64,000 bases of DNA from Tubulanus polymorphus (GCF_964204645.1 NC_134026.1:14010050-14074049); one strand, 5' to 3'. Counted from the first letter of the stretch, positions 1 through 12,066 are shown. The notes: generated by a model from the sequence alone, not told the origin. Translations and numbers: made by a program.

Positions 1-718
1 TTCGCACGGGTTCGAACGTAGTTCTCCCAACATCTACCGTTCTCTCACGTATATGACACTTTGTCATGACTACCCACGGATAAAGGCCGTCAGTCGATAA
101 AAAGATTGAGGGTTCGAATCCTCGATTGATGGTCTTCGTCTAACTACTGCCGATACGTCCCCGATCGAACTGGTCCTCTCGTTAAGACGAATGATAATAA
201 TTGGCACTGAGACAGAAAATAGCGGTGGAACTCCTCTCCTCGTTCAGAAAAGAAGAAAATGTAAGACTTGTATAAAATTTATCATGTCAAGAGTTGAACT
301 CCTGAATTTAATCATTTCTCCAGTTCATAAAGTTTACACCTCGGACGCGTCTCGGTACGGTCTCGCGTCGGGAACGTCAAATTATACGAAGTCACGAAAT
401 TACTTTAAAGTCACCTTACTCGGGCGTAGGCCTACGGTGAGAGATGAATAGAAAATTATAGCGACGATCTCAAATCATTATTCAATCGCGATCAAATGTA
501 GAAATATATACATTTTATATACAATCGAAGCGAAATCGCTCAACCGAGAGCGAATCAATACAGTCGTAGTTGAAAATGATGTGACGATCGATACGCCCGG
601 CAAATGATTTTACGTATGTACAAAAGTCTGCTCGACTAAACAAAACAAAATTGATTATGACTGTCCATCGTAGTGACGCTCTCGGTCGGTTGGTTTCGCT
701 AGGATAAGAGACCGGAAA

Positions 719-917
719 AATCAAACTCGGTCGAAATCAAACTGGGCCGGAATCAAACTCGGCCAGACAAAATCAAACTTGGTCAAGAAACGCCTCTCTA
801 TCCTGCCTTTGGATATGGTCGTCTTGTCCAACCCGAAGGAAGAGATATATTCACTTTTTGATCGTCTGGCCAAGTTTGATGTTGACCAAGTTTGATTTTG
901 TCTGGCCGAGTTTGATT
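719..917. repeat. Fold-back/MITE-like inverted repeat built of AATCAAACTYGGYC-like units
   Basis: 751-786 is the exact reverse complement of 882-917 (36 bp). There are four units on the left and three inverted units on the right. It abuts the 5' end of the copy A HNH gene. Confidence 0.7.
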
Positions 918-990
918 TGTTTGGAAGTAAACAGCCACAAATTATTAATATTACAAATAACGCTGGTGTTATAAATATCTATCATAAGAT

Positions 991-1560
991 ATGTTGAATT
1001 GTGAATTAAATAAACAATCTTCAGAATATTATAAACAAAGGATTTACAAAGATGGTTTACGAAATATTTGTAAAACATGTTGGAAACAAAATAATGCACA
1101 ATATCGAGAAAATAACCCAGAATACATGAGAGATTGGATAAAAGATAACCGCGAACATATCAATAATTACCAAAAAGTAAAATGTAATTCAGATCAATTA
1201 TTCAAATTAAAGCATACTAACAGAACTAGTTTGAACAGAGTTTTCAGAAATTATATAAAATCTGATAGATCAATTGGTTATTTAGGGTGTTCTATAGAAT
1301 TTTTTAAATCATGGATAGAATATCAGTTCGATAATAACATGAAATTTGAGAATCATGGAGAATATTGGGAGTTGAATCATGTTATCCCATTATCATCAAT
1401 AGAAGATGAATCTGAAATAAAAACAATATGTAATTGGATGAATATTCAACCTTTATCCAAAATAGAAAATAGAATTAAACGTGATAAAATTGATAATGAA
1501 TTATATAATAATCAAATAATTAAAGCTGAAAGATTTATACAATTATGGAATATAATTTAA
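991..1560 (+). CDS. HNH-family endonuclease (5' end damaged)
   Basis: CxxC N-terminus and WELNHVIP...NIQPL...EN..K motif. Homologous to 51886-52539, with homology starting at ~933 upstream of an in-frame stop. Confidence 0.75.
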   Translation: MLNCELNKQSSEYYKQRIYKDGLRNICKTCWKQNNAQYRENNPEYMRDWIKDNREHINNYQKVKCNSDQLFKLKHTNRTSLNRVFRNYIKSDRSIGYLGCSIEFFKSWIEYQFDNNMKFENHGEYWELNHVIPLSSIEDESEIKTICNWMNIQPLSKIENRIKRDKIDNELYNNQIIKAERFIQLWNII

Positions 1561-1919
1561 TATCGAGAATCCGAAATGACTTATCTGGACAGTTATTTTA
1601 ACTGCTCCTATAGATAGACAAAAGTAGTGAGGTATTGAATCCTAATTCAAATAAAAAATATTTAAAAAACAATATCTTCAACTAGCCATTATTTTTATTT
1701 TTATTTCATTAGAATTCTAATAGTTCTTTTCAAAAAGAGAATACTTTATATTTTGATAAGATTTGAATGAAAATTACATATCTTCAAATAGCTATTCAAA
1801 TCTAGTTAATACTAGTACTACTAATACTACTTTTAACTTAACTAAGCTAGTATTAACTAAAGAGTTACTAGTATCATTTGAAGGTATAATATTTTTTTTC
1901 GCTTTTTTCCCTAATATAA

Positions 1920-2513
1920 ATGTCAAAGAAATTGAATAAGAATAGTATTGATATTGAAAAGACAATTGAGGATTTGGGCATTACTGGCAATAATGATACA
2001 GTTGTTACTAATTGTGCTCAAGTTCATAATAATATTGATTATGAATACTACTTATATTGTAACCACCATCTAGAATTATTAATTGCTGGTGGAAAATCTA
2101 GAGTTTTTATTACTTTCCAAGAATTAGCCATGAAACCAGCTAAAGTAATAAAATATTTTAAGATTTATGAAGAGTCAAGATTAGCTAGAATAAATGATTC
2201 TATTTCTGATGGTATTGTCAAATGTTATTCAAAATTATGTAACCGGTTAATGTCAATTAATGATGAAAATAAATTATATGTTGATTTAAAAAATGACTAC
2301 TTAGTTATGACTGAATTACAAAAATGGGTTGGATATGCTTCATTCCAATTAGGATCGGTTATGACATTAATTTCTACTGGTGTCATAACATTTACGAATA
2401 TCAAGCCTATAGAATATAAATCAGGTAAGAACGAAACAGATGGTGCCGTACGACACCGACACGGTGAAACAGAAAATGAATCAGAACAAAAATTAACTAA
2501 AATAAATGAGTGA
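1920..2513 (+). CDS. Polinton hypothetical protein with C-terminal hydrophobic segment
   Basis: 197-aa ORF with TAAATG start; closely similar to 53687-54290. Confidence 0.75.
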   Translation: MSKKLNKNSIDIEKTIEDLGITGNNDTVVTNCAQVHNNIDYEYYLYCNHHLELLIAGGKSRVFITFQELAMKPAKVIKYFKIYEESRLARINDSISDGIVKCYSKLCNRLMSINDENKLYVDLKNDYLVMTELQKWVGYASFQLGSVMTLISTGVITFTNIKPIEYKSGKNETDGAVRHRHGETENESEQKLTKINE

Positions 2514-2834
2514 TGATATTTAAAAAAAGCCTAGATCTGAAAAACAAATTAAATGGGCTAGGGAGTTGGGAAAAAGATCTTCAGAATTAAAAAAGCTAAG
2601 AAAAAGAAGTTAACTGATATAAATGAATCACCTGATATTAATTCAAATAACAATCCATCTGATTCTTCTAATAGTGGAAGAAATAATTACTTATATATTA
2701 TTATATTCTCCGGCGTAATATATAAATATAAGTATAAATCTAATAATAATGATTCCGATGATTAACCTATTATACCAGAAAATAAGTCAATTGAAAAAAT
2801 TGAAACTAAATCTAAATTATTATTAATGGATTGA
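2506..2834 (+). pseudogene. Small basic Polinton protein, frameshifted
   Basis: TAAATG start; K.RSEKQIKWARELGKRSSELKK segment shared with copy B at 54283. Confidence 0.55.
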
Positions 2835-2840
2835 AATAAG

Positions 2841-3923
2841 ATGAAAAAAGAACAATATTTAAGAGATTTATATTGTAACCAAGAGAGTGAAGTATCATAT
2901 TCTAGCGTTACAGAATTATGGGATAAAATTAAATCTGATAAAGAAAATATAAAATATAGTGAGTTAAAATTATGGTTACAAAATCAACCAAAAAATCAAA
3001 TCCATAAGAAAATGGATAAAGATTATTTAACAAGAAAAGTTATGGTTTCATATATCGATCACCAATGGCAAGCTGATTTAATTGACATGAAGAACTTAGA
3101 AGAATACAACAAAGGATATTTCTGGATATTAAATGTTATAGACATATTCAGCAGATACGCATGGTCAATTCCAACCAAAAATATAACTGGAATAGAAGTG
3201 ACAAATGCTTTTAAATCAATATTTAAAGAAGCTATTCCAGGTAAGATACAATTTGATGAAGGTAAAGAATTTTATAATAAACATTTTAAAAAACTATTAT
3301 CTGATAACGATGTAGAGTATTTTTCAACACACTCAGATAAAAAAGCATCTATTATAGAAAGCTTTAATAAAACATTGAAAACTAGAATGTGGAAATATTT
3401 TTCTGCTAATGAAACATATAAATATATCGATGTGTTAGATGATTTAGTGAAAGGTTATGATAATTCTAAACGTAGTTCTATAAATATAAAACCTATGCAA
3501 GCTAGAAAAGAAGATAATTCAGAAATAGTTTGGAATAATTTATATGGGGTATTTGTTACACATGATTTTGGAGAACCTAAATTTAAAATTGGACAACATG
3601 TCAGAATATCTAAATATCGAAAAACATTTTATAAAGGTTATACTCCAAATTTTACTGAAGAAATATTTAAGATTAAAAAGATAATATTAACTCAACCTTT
3701 TGTTTATAAATTAGAAGATTTAAAAGATGAAGAAATATTAGGTTATTTCTATGAACAAGAATTATCGCTTGTACCAAATCCAGATGAAATAGAATATAAA
3801 ATAGAAAAAGTATTGAAAACAAAAACTCTTAAAGGAAACAAGTATTCTTCCGTGAAATATAAAGGGTATGATGATAAATTTAATGAATGGATTTTATCTA
3901 GTAAAATTAAAAGAATAAATTAA
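2841..3923 (+). CDS. Retroviral-like (rve) integrase with C-terminal chromodomain
   Basis: WQADL..., VIDIFSRYAW, FDEGKEF and IE.FNKTLK DDE core; C-terminal YKIEKVL...VKYKGYDDKFNEWI. Confidence 0.95.
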   Translation: MKKEQYLRDLYCNQESEVSYSSVTELWDKIKSDKENIKYSELKLWLQNQPKNQIHKKMDKDYLTRKVMVSYIDHQWQADLIDMKNLEEYNKGYFWILNVIDIFSRYAWSIPTKNITGIEVTNAFKSIFKEAIPGKIQFDEGKEFYNKHFKKLLSDNDVEYFSTHSDKKASIIESFNKTLKTRMWKYFSANETYKYIDVLDDLVKGYDNSKRSSINIKPMQARKEDNSEIVWNNLYGVFVTHDFGEPKFKIGQHVRISKYRKTFYKGYTPNFTEEIFKIKKIILTQPFVYKLEDLKDEEILGYFYEQELSLVPNPDEIEYKIEKVLKTKTLKGNKYSSVKYKGYDDKFNEWILSSKIKRIN

Positions 3924-3954
3924 TAAAGATTTATTTATATTTGAACCGCATAAT

Positions 3955-4530
3955 ATGTTAGTTACTGGGGTAACAAACTGTGGTAAAACACATTTCATAT
4001 TAGATTTGTTAGAAACTATTTATAAGAATCATTTTGATAATATAATATTATTCTGCACCACTTATGAAATGAATAAAACATATAATAGAGATATAGTTAA
4101 GATAAAAAAGTTTATTATATTAGATCCTAAAACAGTAAAAGAAAATTTAGATAATTGTATTAAAATAGCAATTGATATTTATAAAGGATCAAATACATTA
4201 TTCATTATAGATGATTGTGCAAATTTACATGATTTAAAAGTGAGAGAAAGTGAGTTATGTTATCTAGCTTTCTCTGGGAGACATTTTGGGATAACAACGT
4301 GGGTTTTAAATCAAAAATATAATTCAATTGTTAAAGACTTTAGGGAGAATATAAGATTTTTAGTTTTATTTTATAACAAAGATAGAAAATCTATGCAACA
4401 ATCATTGGAAGAAAATCAAATTATACCTACTGAATTACATGATGAATATATGAATAAATTAAAGAATAATAAAGGTTCAAAATTACTTCTGAGACTACAA
4501 TTTCCCTATGAATATAAATTTATAAAATAA
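3955..4530 (+). CDS. A32/FtsK-like packaging ATPase
   Basis: Walker A GVTNCGKT, Walker B FIIDD, GRHFGI motif followed by a conserved Q. Confidence 0.92.
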   Translation: MLVTGVTNCGKTHFILDLLETIYKNHFDNIILFCTTYEMNKTYNRDIVKIKKFIILDPKTVKENLDNCIKIAIDIYKGSNTLFIIDDCANLHDLKVRESELCYLAFSGRHFGITTWVLNQKYNSIVKDFRENIRFLVLFYNKDRKSMQQSLEENQIIPTELHDEYMNKLKNNKGSKLLLRLQFPYEYKFIK

Positions 4531-4547
4531 AATTTGCAAGATTATAG

Positions 4548-4900
4548 AAACTATTTATACATCTATGCACTAGACGTACGAGTAAGAATCTTGGTAAGAA
4601 TCTTAGTAAGAATTCTTGGATTCTTACTCGTACATCTAGTACATAGATATATAAATTATTTAATGAAATATATAATAATGAATAAATTATATATTAAAAC
4701 TATGTTTATAATTTATGTTTATAATTTATGTTTACACAGGGGAACAAATATATATATAATTTATATTTAGAATAATTATTCTGAAACTGTTTATATATCT
4801 ATGTACTAGACGTACGAGTAAGAATTCTTGCCAAGATTCTTACCAAGATTCTTACGTACGTCTAGTACATAGATATATAAATAGTTTTATAATAATTATT
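4548..4900. repeat. Two long palindromes between convergent gene blocks
   Basis: ~4548-4661 and ~4785-4888 share the arm TATCTATGYACTAGACGTACGAGTAAGAAT and its near-complement. Their spacers are approximate reverse complements of each other. Confidence 0.85.
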
Positions 4901-6046
4901 CTAATTTTGTTTCTAATACATTTATAAAATCATCTTTGTTTATATCTAATTCACCATAATTCTTAGGTAGATTTATTAATTCTAGTCGAGCCATCTTTAA
5001 ACGATAATTAGTAGGTATATTAGCTTGTTTTCTTAATTTTTCAAAGTATTCATCAAAATCATCAAAATCAAAATGATATCCAAAATTTTTATTAGATAAC
5101 TTAAATCTATTTTTCTAAAATATAATAATTTATATATTTGTTCAGGATTATCTTCTGCATAAGCTAATAATTTATCAAATAACAGCTTATAGAATATATA
5201 ATATTGTTTAGTTTTAGGATTAAAATATTTGATATATTTCTTTGGGTTATTTAACAATGGTTGATTTATAATGAGTATTTTCATCAACAGGTTCAATTTT
5301 CTTATTACAATATTGACACGTTTTATTTCTTTCTATTTCTTCTAATTTCTTTTCATGTTCTTCTAACACCTTTTCATTTTCTATATGCGCTTGAGATTTT
5401 TTTTATGTTTAGAAAAATTACTTTTTGAAATATCTAAATTACAAATGTTACCATGTTTTTTAGAATCATCAATTATTTCATTATCTGTTATATCATTATA
5501 ATAAGTTTCAATTGGGTTAACATTATTTATTACATTATCTGTTATAATATCTATGGTATCATTAGTTTCAATTGTATTAACAGTATTTATTAAGTTATCT
5601 ATTATATTACTATCTGATATATTATTATGATTATTATTCTTTTCTTTTTCTACATGTTTCTTTGATTTCTTATGTGATGCCCAATTTTTATATGATATAT
5701 ATTTCTTACATAAGTCACAATATTTTTCATTTGTCTTTTTGGTTTTGGTATCAGATTTAACTTTTATATCATTATTAGATGTAGAAGGTATAATATCTAT
5801 ATTTTCATTATCATTAGATGTAGAATCAATATTATCTTCTGTTTTAGATTCAATATTATCTTCTATTTTAGGTTCAATATTATCTTCTATTTTTGTTTCA
5901 ATATTATTATCTATTTTACTTATTCTATATTTGAATTGATTAAAGTATTATCCAAAATACTTACTGTATTCATCATAAGGTATTATATAATATATATCTG
6001 ATATCATTTCACTTGGACTTTGTATTTCATATATTCCTCCTTCCAT
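4900..6046 (-). pseudogene. Multi-zinc-finger (CxxC...H...H) Polinton protein, disrupted
   Basis: TAAATG start at 6046; YCDLCKKYISYKNWASHKKSKKH plus further degenerate fingers; 24-bp tandem repeats ~5825-5915; includes ORF 5033-5296. The 3' end is approximate. Confidence 0.6.
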
Positions 6047-6078
6047 TTATTATAATTTTTTTTATTAAAATTAAAATT

Positions 6079-7275
6079 TCAATACATAACACTATTCAAT
6101 TGAGAATTTATGATATTTAATTGCCATCAGATATAATATAAATGTGCATTTTAAAATTTTTGATTCCTTTATTCTTTATCATGAATAATTGCATTCCATC
6201 TTTAGTGTTTTTTTCCAGAACCATGTAATGAATTATCCTCTGTTGTTCTAAAATCTAACCATAATGCATATTTATTACCGGTATAATAATCAATTTGATT
6301 AATATAACAATTTTCAGATGTTTTCATTCATAAAATGTTTTCTAATTTCTGGCCACTGATCTATCATTCTCATTCCTTGACAAAATATTTTATTTGCTAT
6401 ACCTTCGGTAGTTATTTCTACTTTTGTTATTTCAGGATTATAATAATTATCGACCTGTATTGTGCCATTAGAATATGTTGCAATGGTAAAAAACATTAAT
6501 ATACCTTTAATAGATCTTCTTAAGTTAATATTCTCATTAATAATTGCATTAATTGCATCAATAGTTACAGTTTTAAATTTATCAATATAATCATATAATA
6601 ATGAAAATCCTTGATTGTATTGAGTTTGAATTATACTTGAAATATTTTCATCAGTTACTGTGTCATATTCTAAGCATATATTCGATAATTTATAACCCAT
6701 ATCTTTTACAACGCTAGATAATACAATTTCATTAACAGGAGCAAATGTTATTTCGAATAGGATATCTTCTTGAATTGCGTATTTATATAAAGGTGCATTA
6801 TTATTTATCAATTCAAAATCTAATGGAATTATATGTTTGCTTCCATAAATCTTTTTGATCAAATTATCTGCGGTACGAGTTACTATTGCGTCATTAGCTC
6901 CTGATCTTAATTTATTTTGGTTTTCTTTTTTCTTTTGTTAACCATAAATCTTTATAATGCATAAATAAATTATAATCATCTAATGAGAAAACTGTTTCTG
7001 GACCAATCTTTATAGTTAATTTTTTAATCAAATATCTTCCAACATTATCAACAACATAATTATTATTATTACCAGTTGCATTTATATCAGCTGACAAATA
7101 AATACTATTTGGAACATAAAAAGTATTTTTGATTTAATCTCGGGATTCTAACATATATAGTTTCATCAGGATTAATATTAGAAGGATTATGAGTAATTAT
7201 ATGATGAGATCTTTCTGCTTTAATAGCATTAGATATTCTAGGATTCTTAGAAGGATTTATATAACTCCCGCTCAT
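6079..7275 (-). pseudogene. Putative major capsid protein, frameshifted but full length
   Basis: Fragments 6912-7097 and 6314-6862 match 50927-51803. About 400 codons, beta-rich, with ..IPLDFE and LSNICLEYD. Capsid identity is inferred from size, motifs and context. Confidence 0.75.
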
Positions 7276-7291
7276 TTATTTAACAAAAAAA

Positions 7292-8777
7292 TTAATTATT
7301 TAATTTTATCATATTCACTAACCCAAAAATAATAGCACTTACAACTGTAATTAAAAATAAAATAATATTTTCAGCAGCAAAGTTAAGAATATTCCCAGCA
7401 GATTTCAAAACAAAACCAACAATCGATGCAATAACTCCAGGTAAAGCTGCAGCAGATTTTTTAGATAGTTCCCATAAATATTTTGCTAATTGTTTTAAAC
7501 CATCCTTAACTTTATCTTGTATAGAATTATTATTTGGAGGTGGTTTATCCGGTTTATTCGGAATTTGTGTAGATTTTAATGAATTTGATATAGCTAAACC
7601 AATTGTTGTAAATACCATAGTTACAGCTGTTACAATTGAAAGAATTGTTATACCTTCAAACTTAAATAATAATTTTATTCTGTCTTTCAATGATATTTTA
7701 GAATTTGGTTTTATTATTAACTCTTCAACAACAACTTTTAATCCATTAATACAATAATCATATGATTTTGATAATAATTTCATTTTTTCTTTCTGAAATT
7801 CTATGTTATATTCTAAATCATCAATTTCTTTTTCTAAATATGCATTTCTTTTTTTAAATTCAATTTCTTCAATAACTTTAAATTCTCTATCTAATTTTAA
7901 TTGTTCTTATTCTTTTCAGGTGTCAAATAATTTATTTTCTAAAGGTTTAATTTTATTATATCTAATATTTTTTTTGCGTGCAATTTTATCGGCTTCATTT
8001 CGTATACTTATTATTTCTCTAATTGTTTTTTCAGAAAACATACTTAAAGCTTCTATTTCTTGATCTGTTGCATAAAGTAATCCATTCGGTAAAAGTTTTT
8101 CAGTTTGAACTTCGTTTAATTTAAGTTTACTAGTTTTGGAAGTTATATTCTGTTCAGAAGTTGTTTCTGTTTCTAAATTATTATTGATTGTTACAAATAA
8201 TTCATTTATTCTTTCTAAAATACTAAAATAGTCTTAAATACTCTTTTATTTTGATTTATTTCTTCTTGTGTAACATTTTCTATTTCATTACTATTATTAC
8301 TTATTCTTTTAATTCTAGATGGCCCAAAATACTCGAAGTTGATTCTGCTAATATTTTATTTTGATTTTTATAAGTGATATTAATATAATAATCATCTTTC
8401 AAATGATAGTAATATTCACCATCTAAAGATTTTAATTCTGTTACTAAAAGTCTGGCGCCTCTATCATTTATACTATACCCAGATCTTTCAAATACAAGTT
8501 TGAATTTATAAATATATTCATTATATTCTAATCTTTTTTTTACTAAATCTGGATTTTCATTTTCAGGATTTATTCTCGATTTAGTTCTTCTATCAAATTC
8601 ATCTGTTGATTGGCCTTTAGAACCAAAGCTCTCTGCTAAAATAGAATTAAGCGCTGATCCATCATCATTATCAATATTAGTTTCTGCATCATTATAATCA
8701 TCATCAATATACCCATCATTATTATTTCCCATTTCTCCCATTTCATAATCTTCTCCACCTTCTACTTCCATTTGCAT
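7292..8777 (-). pseudogene. Coiled-coil protein with C-terminal transmembrane segments, disrupted
   Basis: ORFs 8301-8777 and 7292-7783; homologous to 49449-50906. Confidence 0.7.
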
Positions 8778-8787
8778 AATAAAAAAA

Positions 8788-10100
8788 TTAAAATTTAAAA
8801 TATAATATTCCTCCGATTACAATTCCTATACAAGTTAGAGCTAATTTAGCATTTTCATGGGATTTATTATCATGATCAGTTTTAAATATGTCATGTTGAA
8901 TATTATCAGTTTTTATATTTTCTGTAGTATTGTAATCTTTTATTTTTGAATCATTATCCAATTTAATATTCTTAGTTTTAGTTTCTGTTGATTGAATATG
9001 TTTTTAAATTTTTTCACCTTCCATTAATTTTGGAGCAGTGAAAATCTTTTTATTTATATCATTCAATCCAAACTTATTATTTATTATTGCAGTTTTAATC
9101 AAATTATTATAACCAATAATATTTCCCATCTTTAATACTAAATCATTAGAAATAATTAATAAATTAGGGCCTATACAATAATTTAATCTAATATGTGATT
9201 TATCTAAATAATTTTGATATCTTACAATGTTTTCTGGAATCGATCTATTCTTATCATTATGAATGGAATCTTCAAATAATACTTTGAATTGTTTCTGTGT
9301 ATCAAATGAAGTGTTATCATTTCCAACTATTGGTGATCTTGTTTCAACTTGCGCACCTAAAATACATATCATATAAGTTCTAATTGATTGATTCATTCTT
9401 TGTATGCCTGATTTTGTAAAACCTTCACTATTTTCTAAAATGAAATTAATCCAACCATTATTATTATCAATTTTATAATTATATATAAGCCCCAATTCTA
9501 TGCATATAATCAATTCTTTTTATTTCATACTGTTCACCAATACCCTGTTATTTACCATGCGCTCTAAGATCGGTATTAATATTTATATTAAATTCATTAC
9601 ATATTTTACTACTTAAATTAAAACTTAGATAGATTAATATTATTATCCAATTCTTTAAAATATTTAGATCCGGGTAAAGGACATTCTAATTCAATTAATA
9701 TCATTCTGAATTGAAAATATGTGTGAAATCTAAATATTGTGTGAATTAATTTTAAATCAGAATAATTCAAATTTTTATCTAAGTTATTTAAATGATCATT
9801 CCAACTTACACCACAACCAGTTGTTGCACAATAAACAGCAAAATTTAATTGATTCTGCGAATATTTCATATTATATTTTACTTTATATATATGATATTCA
9901 TCTCGAGTAAAAGTAACTTCATATGTATCAAATATATTTTCCATTTTAGAAATAAAAAACTGTGTTTCAGTAACGTAAATTTCTAAATTAGTTAATGAAT
10001 TTAAAACTAAATTTCTATATGTAATATTTTTATTAAAATCTACTGCCGGAATATTATATTTAATTGATTTATTATATTGGAAAGCTTTTGGAAACCCCAT
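8788..10100 (-). pseudogene. Conserved Polinton protein (QNQLNFAVYCATTGCG motif) with C-terminal TM anchor, disrupted
   Basis: ORFs 9618-10100 and 9004-9513; homologous to 48115-49433. Confidence 0.7.
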
Positions 10101-10116
10101 TTATACAATTAAAAAA

Positions 10117-10551
10117 TTATTGATTTATTAATTCTTTTAATAATTTATCTTGTTCTTCAACTGTTATATGACCATTTAAACTCATTATATAATCTAATGT
10201 GTTTTTTGATTTATTAATTTTTTAAATATTAGTTTTAATTTTTTCTTTATTACTTTTTATATTTAATTTTGAACTTATACCAGTTAAAACACTTGATGAT
10301 AATCCTAGCACACCAATTGATATAGCTAAAGATGTTAATGGACTGAATATTGCTAGAAATGTTATTACAGAACTAATTGTAACTGAACCACTTATAATAA
10401 AATAATATATAATTTTACTTTTTAAATATCTTTTCTTTTTTATCGTTAAGTCACTTTCACATTTTAATATTTGTATTTCTAAATATGTTTTTAATTAAGT
10501 TTTATTTATATCATGGGGAATAATATTAACACCATCAATTTTATCATCCAT
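10117..10551 (-). pseudogene. Two-TM Polinton protein, disrupted
   Basis: Nucleotide homolog of 47683-48091; TAAATG start. Confidence 0.65.
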
Positions 10552-10576
10552 TTATTTAGCAAAAAATAATATATAA

Positions 10577-10999
10577 TTAATTCGTAAATTTATATGCTAC
10601 AAATATAACAATAACTGTTCCACCTAAAATCAAAATTATTTCATATTTCTGTTGTTCTTTACTTGGGGTATAATAATCTGACAATTTAGGTTTGTATAGA
10701 TGTAATTTTTCTTTATTGGTTACCGCGTTATATAAACTCATTGCATCATCGACTGATTGAAAATCTCTATGTGAAATTTTCTGATCATATAATTCTTTAT
10801 TGATGTAATCCATATAGTTTTGTCTCTTTTCTCTATATTCTTCTGCTGCTTTATTGTATTTCTCTAATGCTAAATTATGTCTTTCTTGTTCTGATAATGA
10901 ACCATTTTTATCAATATGCTTAAATAAATAACCACCACCAGTAAATGCTAAAGCGTTAACAATTGCCGATCCTATAATAGTTATAATTGCAGATTCCAT
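10577..10999 (-). CDS. Polinton membrane protein, 140 aa
   Basis: Intact ORF with hydrophobic N- and C-termini; homologous to 47243-47663. Confidence 0.8.
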   Translation of the reverse strand: MESAIITIIGSAIVNALAFTGGGYLFKHIDKNGSLSEQERHNLALEKYNKAAEEYREKRQNYMDYINKELYDQKISHRDFQSVDDAMSLYNAVTNKEKLHLYKPKLSDYYTPSKEQQKYEIILILGGTVIVIFVAYKFTN

Positions 11000-11022
11000 T
11001 TATTAAGCAAAAAAATATGCAT

Positions 11023-11892
11023 TTATATAGGAGGAATATATTTTTGTTTTTCCAAATAATCAATAGTTAAATTAAATAAAGTAACTGCTAATGTTAATTT
11101 TAAAATATCATTTATATCAAATCTATCAACATTAACACTTCCCATTTTAAATACTTTTTTTAATACCATTGAATAACCAACAGTTCCAACTGATAATAAT
11201 GCTCCATTATATAATCCAGGAAGAAAGACACTCTAAATATTTGGATGGATATATGAAAGCTGTGGGTACTGGAGTGTGTAATGGGTAGTGTAGTGTGATC
11301 TGTGTGCATTTGTGGCCAGCACACAGATCACATTGTTCAATGGGGTTTGGTCCAGGACTCGCGAGATTTTCAACAACACGGAAGTAACGTGTAATGAATG
11401 ATGACTTGAATTGCATGACTACCTACCACCCCGCATTATTGTTGGAAAAGTAAACGTTCCGCACTGACTAAAAATTAGTAATAATAATTAATAACATTTT
11501 AGAAATGGCCAGAATTTTAACTAAGGTTCTATCTCATTTTTATTTTACAATTGCGATTGGTATAAATTTTTTCTAAACGGCCGTCAAGGCTTCATGTTTC
11601 GTCTGCAATTCACTGCAAATAGTTACGCAACTACGCACATTTCAGTGTTTTTGGCAGCTGTACACTCAATCGGCACCGTACGTGACTAGCTTCACTGCGG
11701 AATTATCATTAATTAACATCGCCATATCACATCATATTCAGCCTTAAAACCCTAACAGCCGAAATAATTGAAATGCACACAACTTTCTAATTGAGAGTGG
11801 CCGTGTTTGTGTTCTGCTGCTTCGCGTAAATCCCGCGCGGTGGCGCAACCGCGCAGAGTAGGTCCAGTTATTATCCACTTATTATCACTCAT
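11023..11892 (-). pseudogene. 73-aa membrane protein gene split by a 643-bp insertion
   Basis: Removing 11220-11862 and one TCCAG copy restores the homolog of 46997-47218. Confidence 0.8.
11220..11862. mobile_element. Unclassified 643-bp insertion
   Basis: Absent from copy B; flanked by TCCAG at 11215-11219 and 11863-11867; GC hairpin near the right end. Confidence 0.7.
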
Positions 11893-12066
11893 TTATTTAT
11901 CAAAAAAATTACTATCTTCAAAATATTTAATTATCTTAGTTATAATTATTTCAACATTTATAGTATTATTAGTTTCATTTTCATATATTCCAGTTATTAT
12001 TCTTTTAATATCATCAATGATAAAATCTTCATCTAATTCATCAAATCTTAAAGATTCTCTAATTAG
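11893..12066 (-). pseudogene. 3' remnant of Polinton hypothetical gene
   Basis: ESLRF.ELDEDFIIDDIK...SNFFDK matches 46640-46996. The N-terminus of ORF 11893-12183 comes from inserted DNA. Confidence 0.75.

Noticed and set aside
222-227. GCGGTG as the left TSD of Polinton A
   Set aside because: It is not followed by an AGT terminus; a 6-mer match is expected by chance.
1-718. Possible LTR-element leader; short similarity of ~200-250 to ~29180-29212
   Set aside because: The similarity is too short and there are no defining ends; ORFs 191-451 and 515-724 are unsupported.
4548-4900. CRISPR-like array
   Set aside because: Eukaryotic context; the repeats are inverted, with no unique spacers or cas genes.
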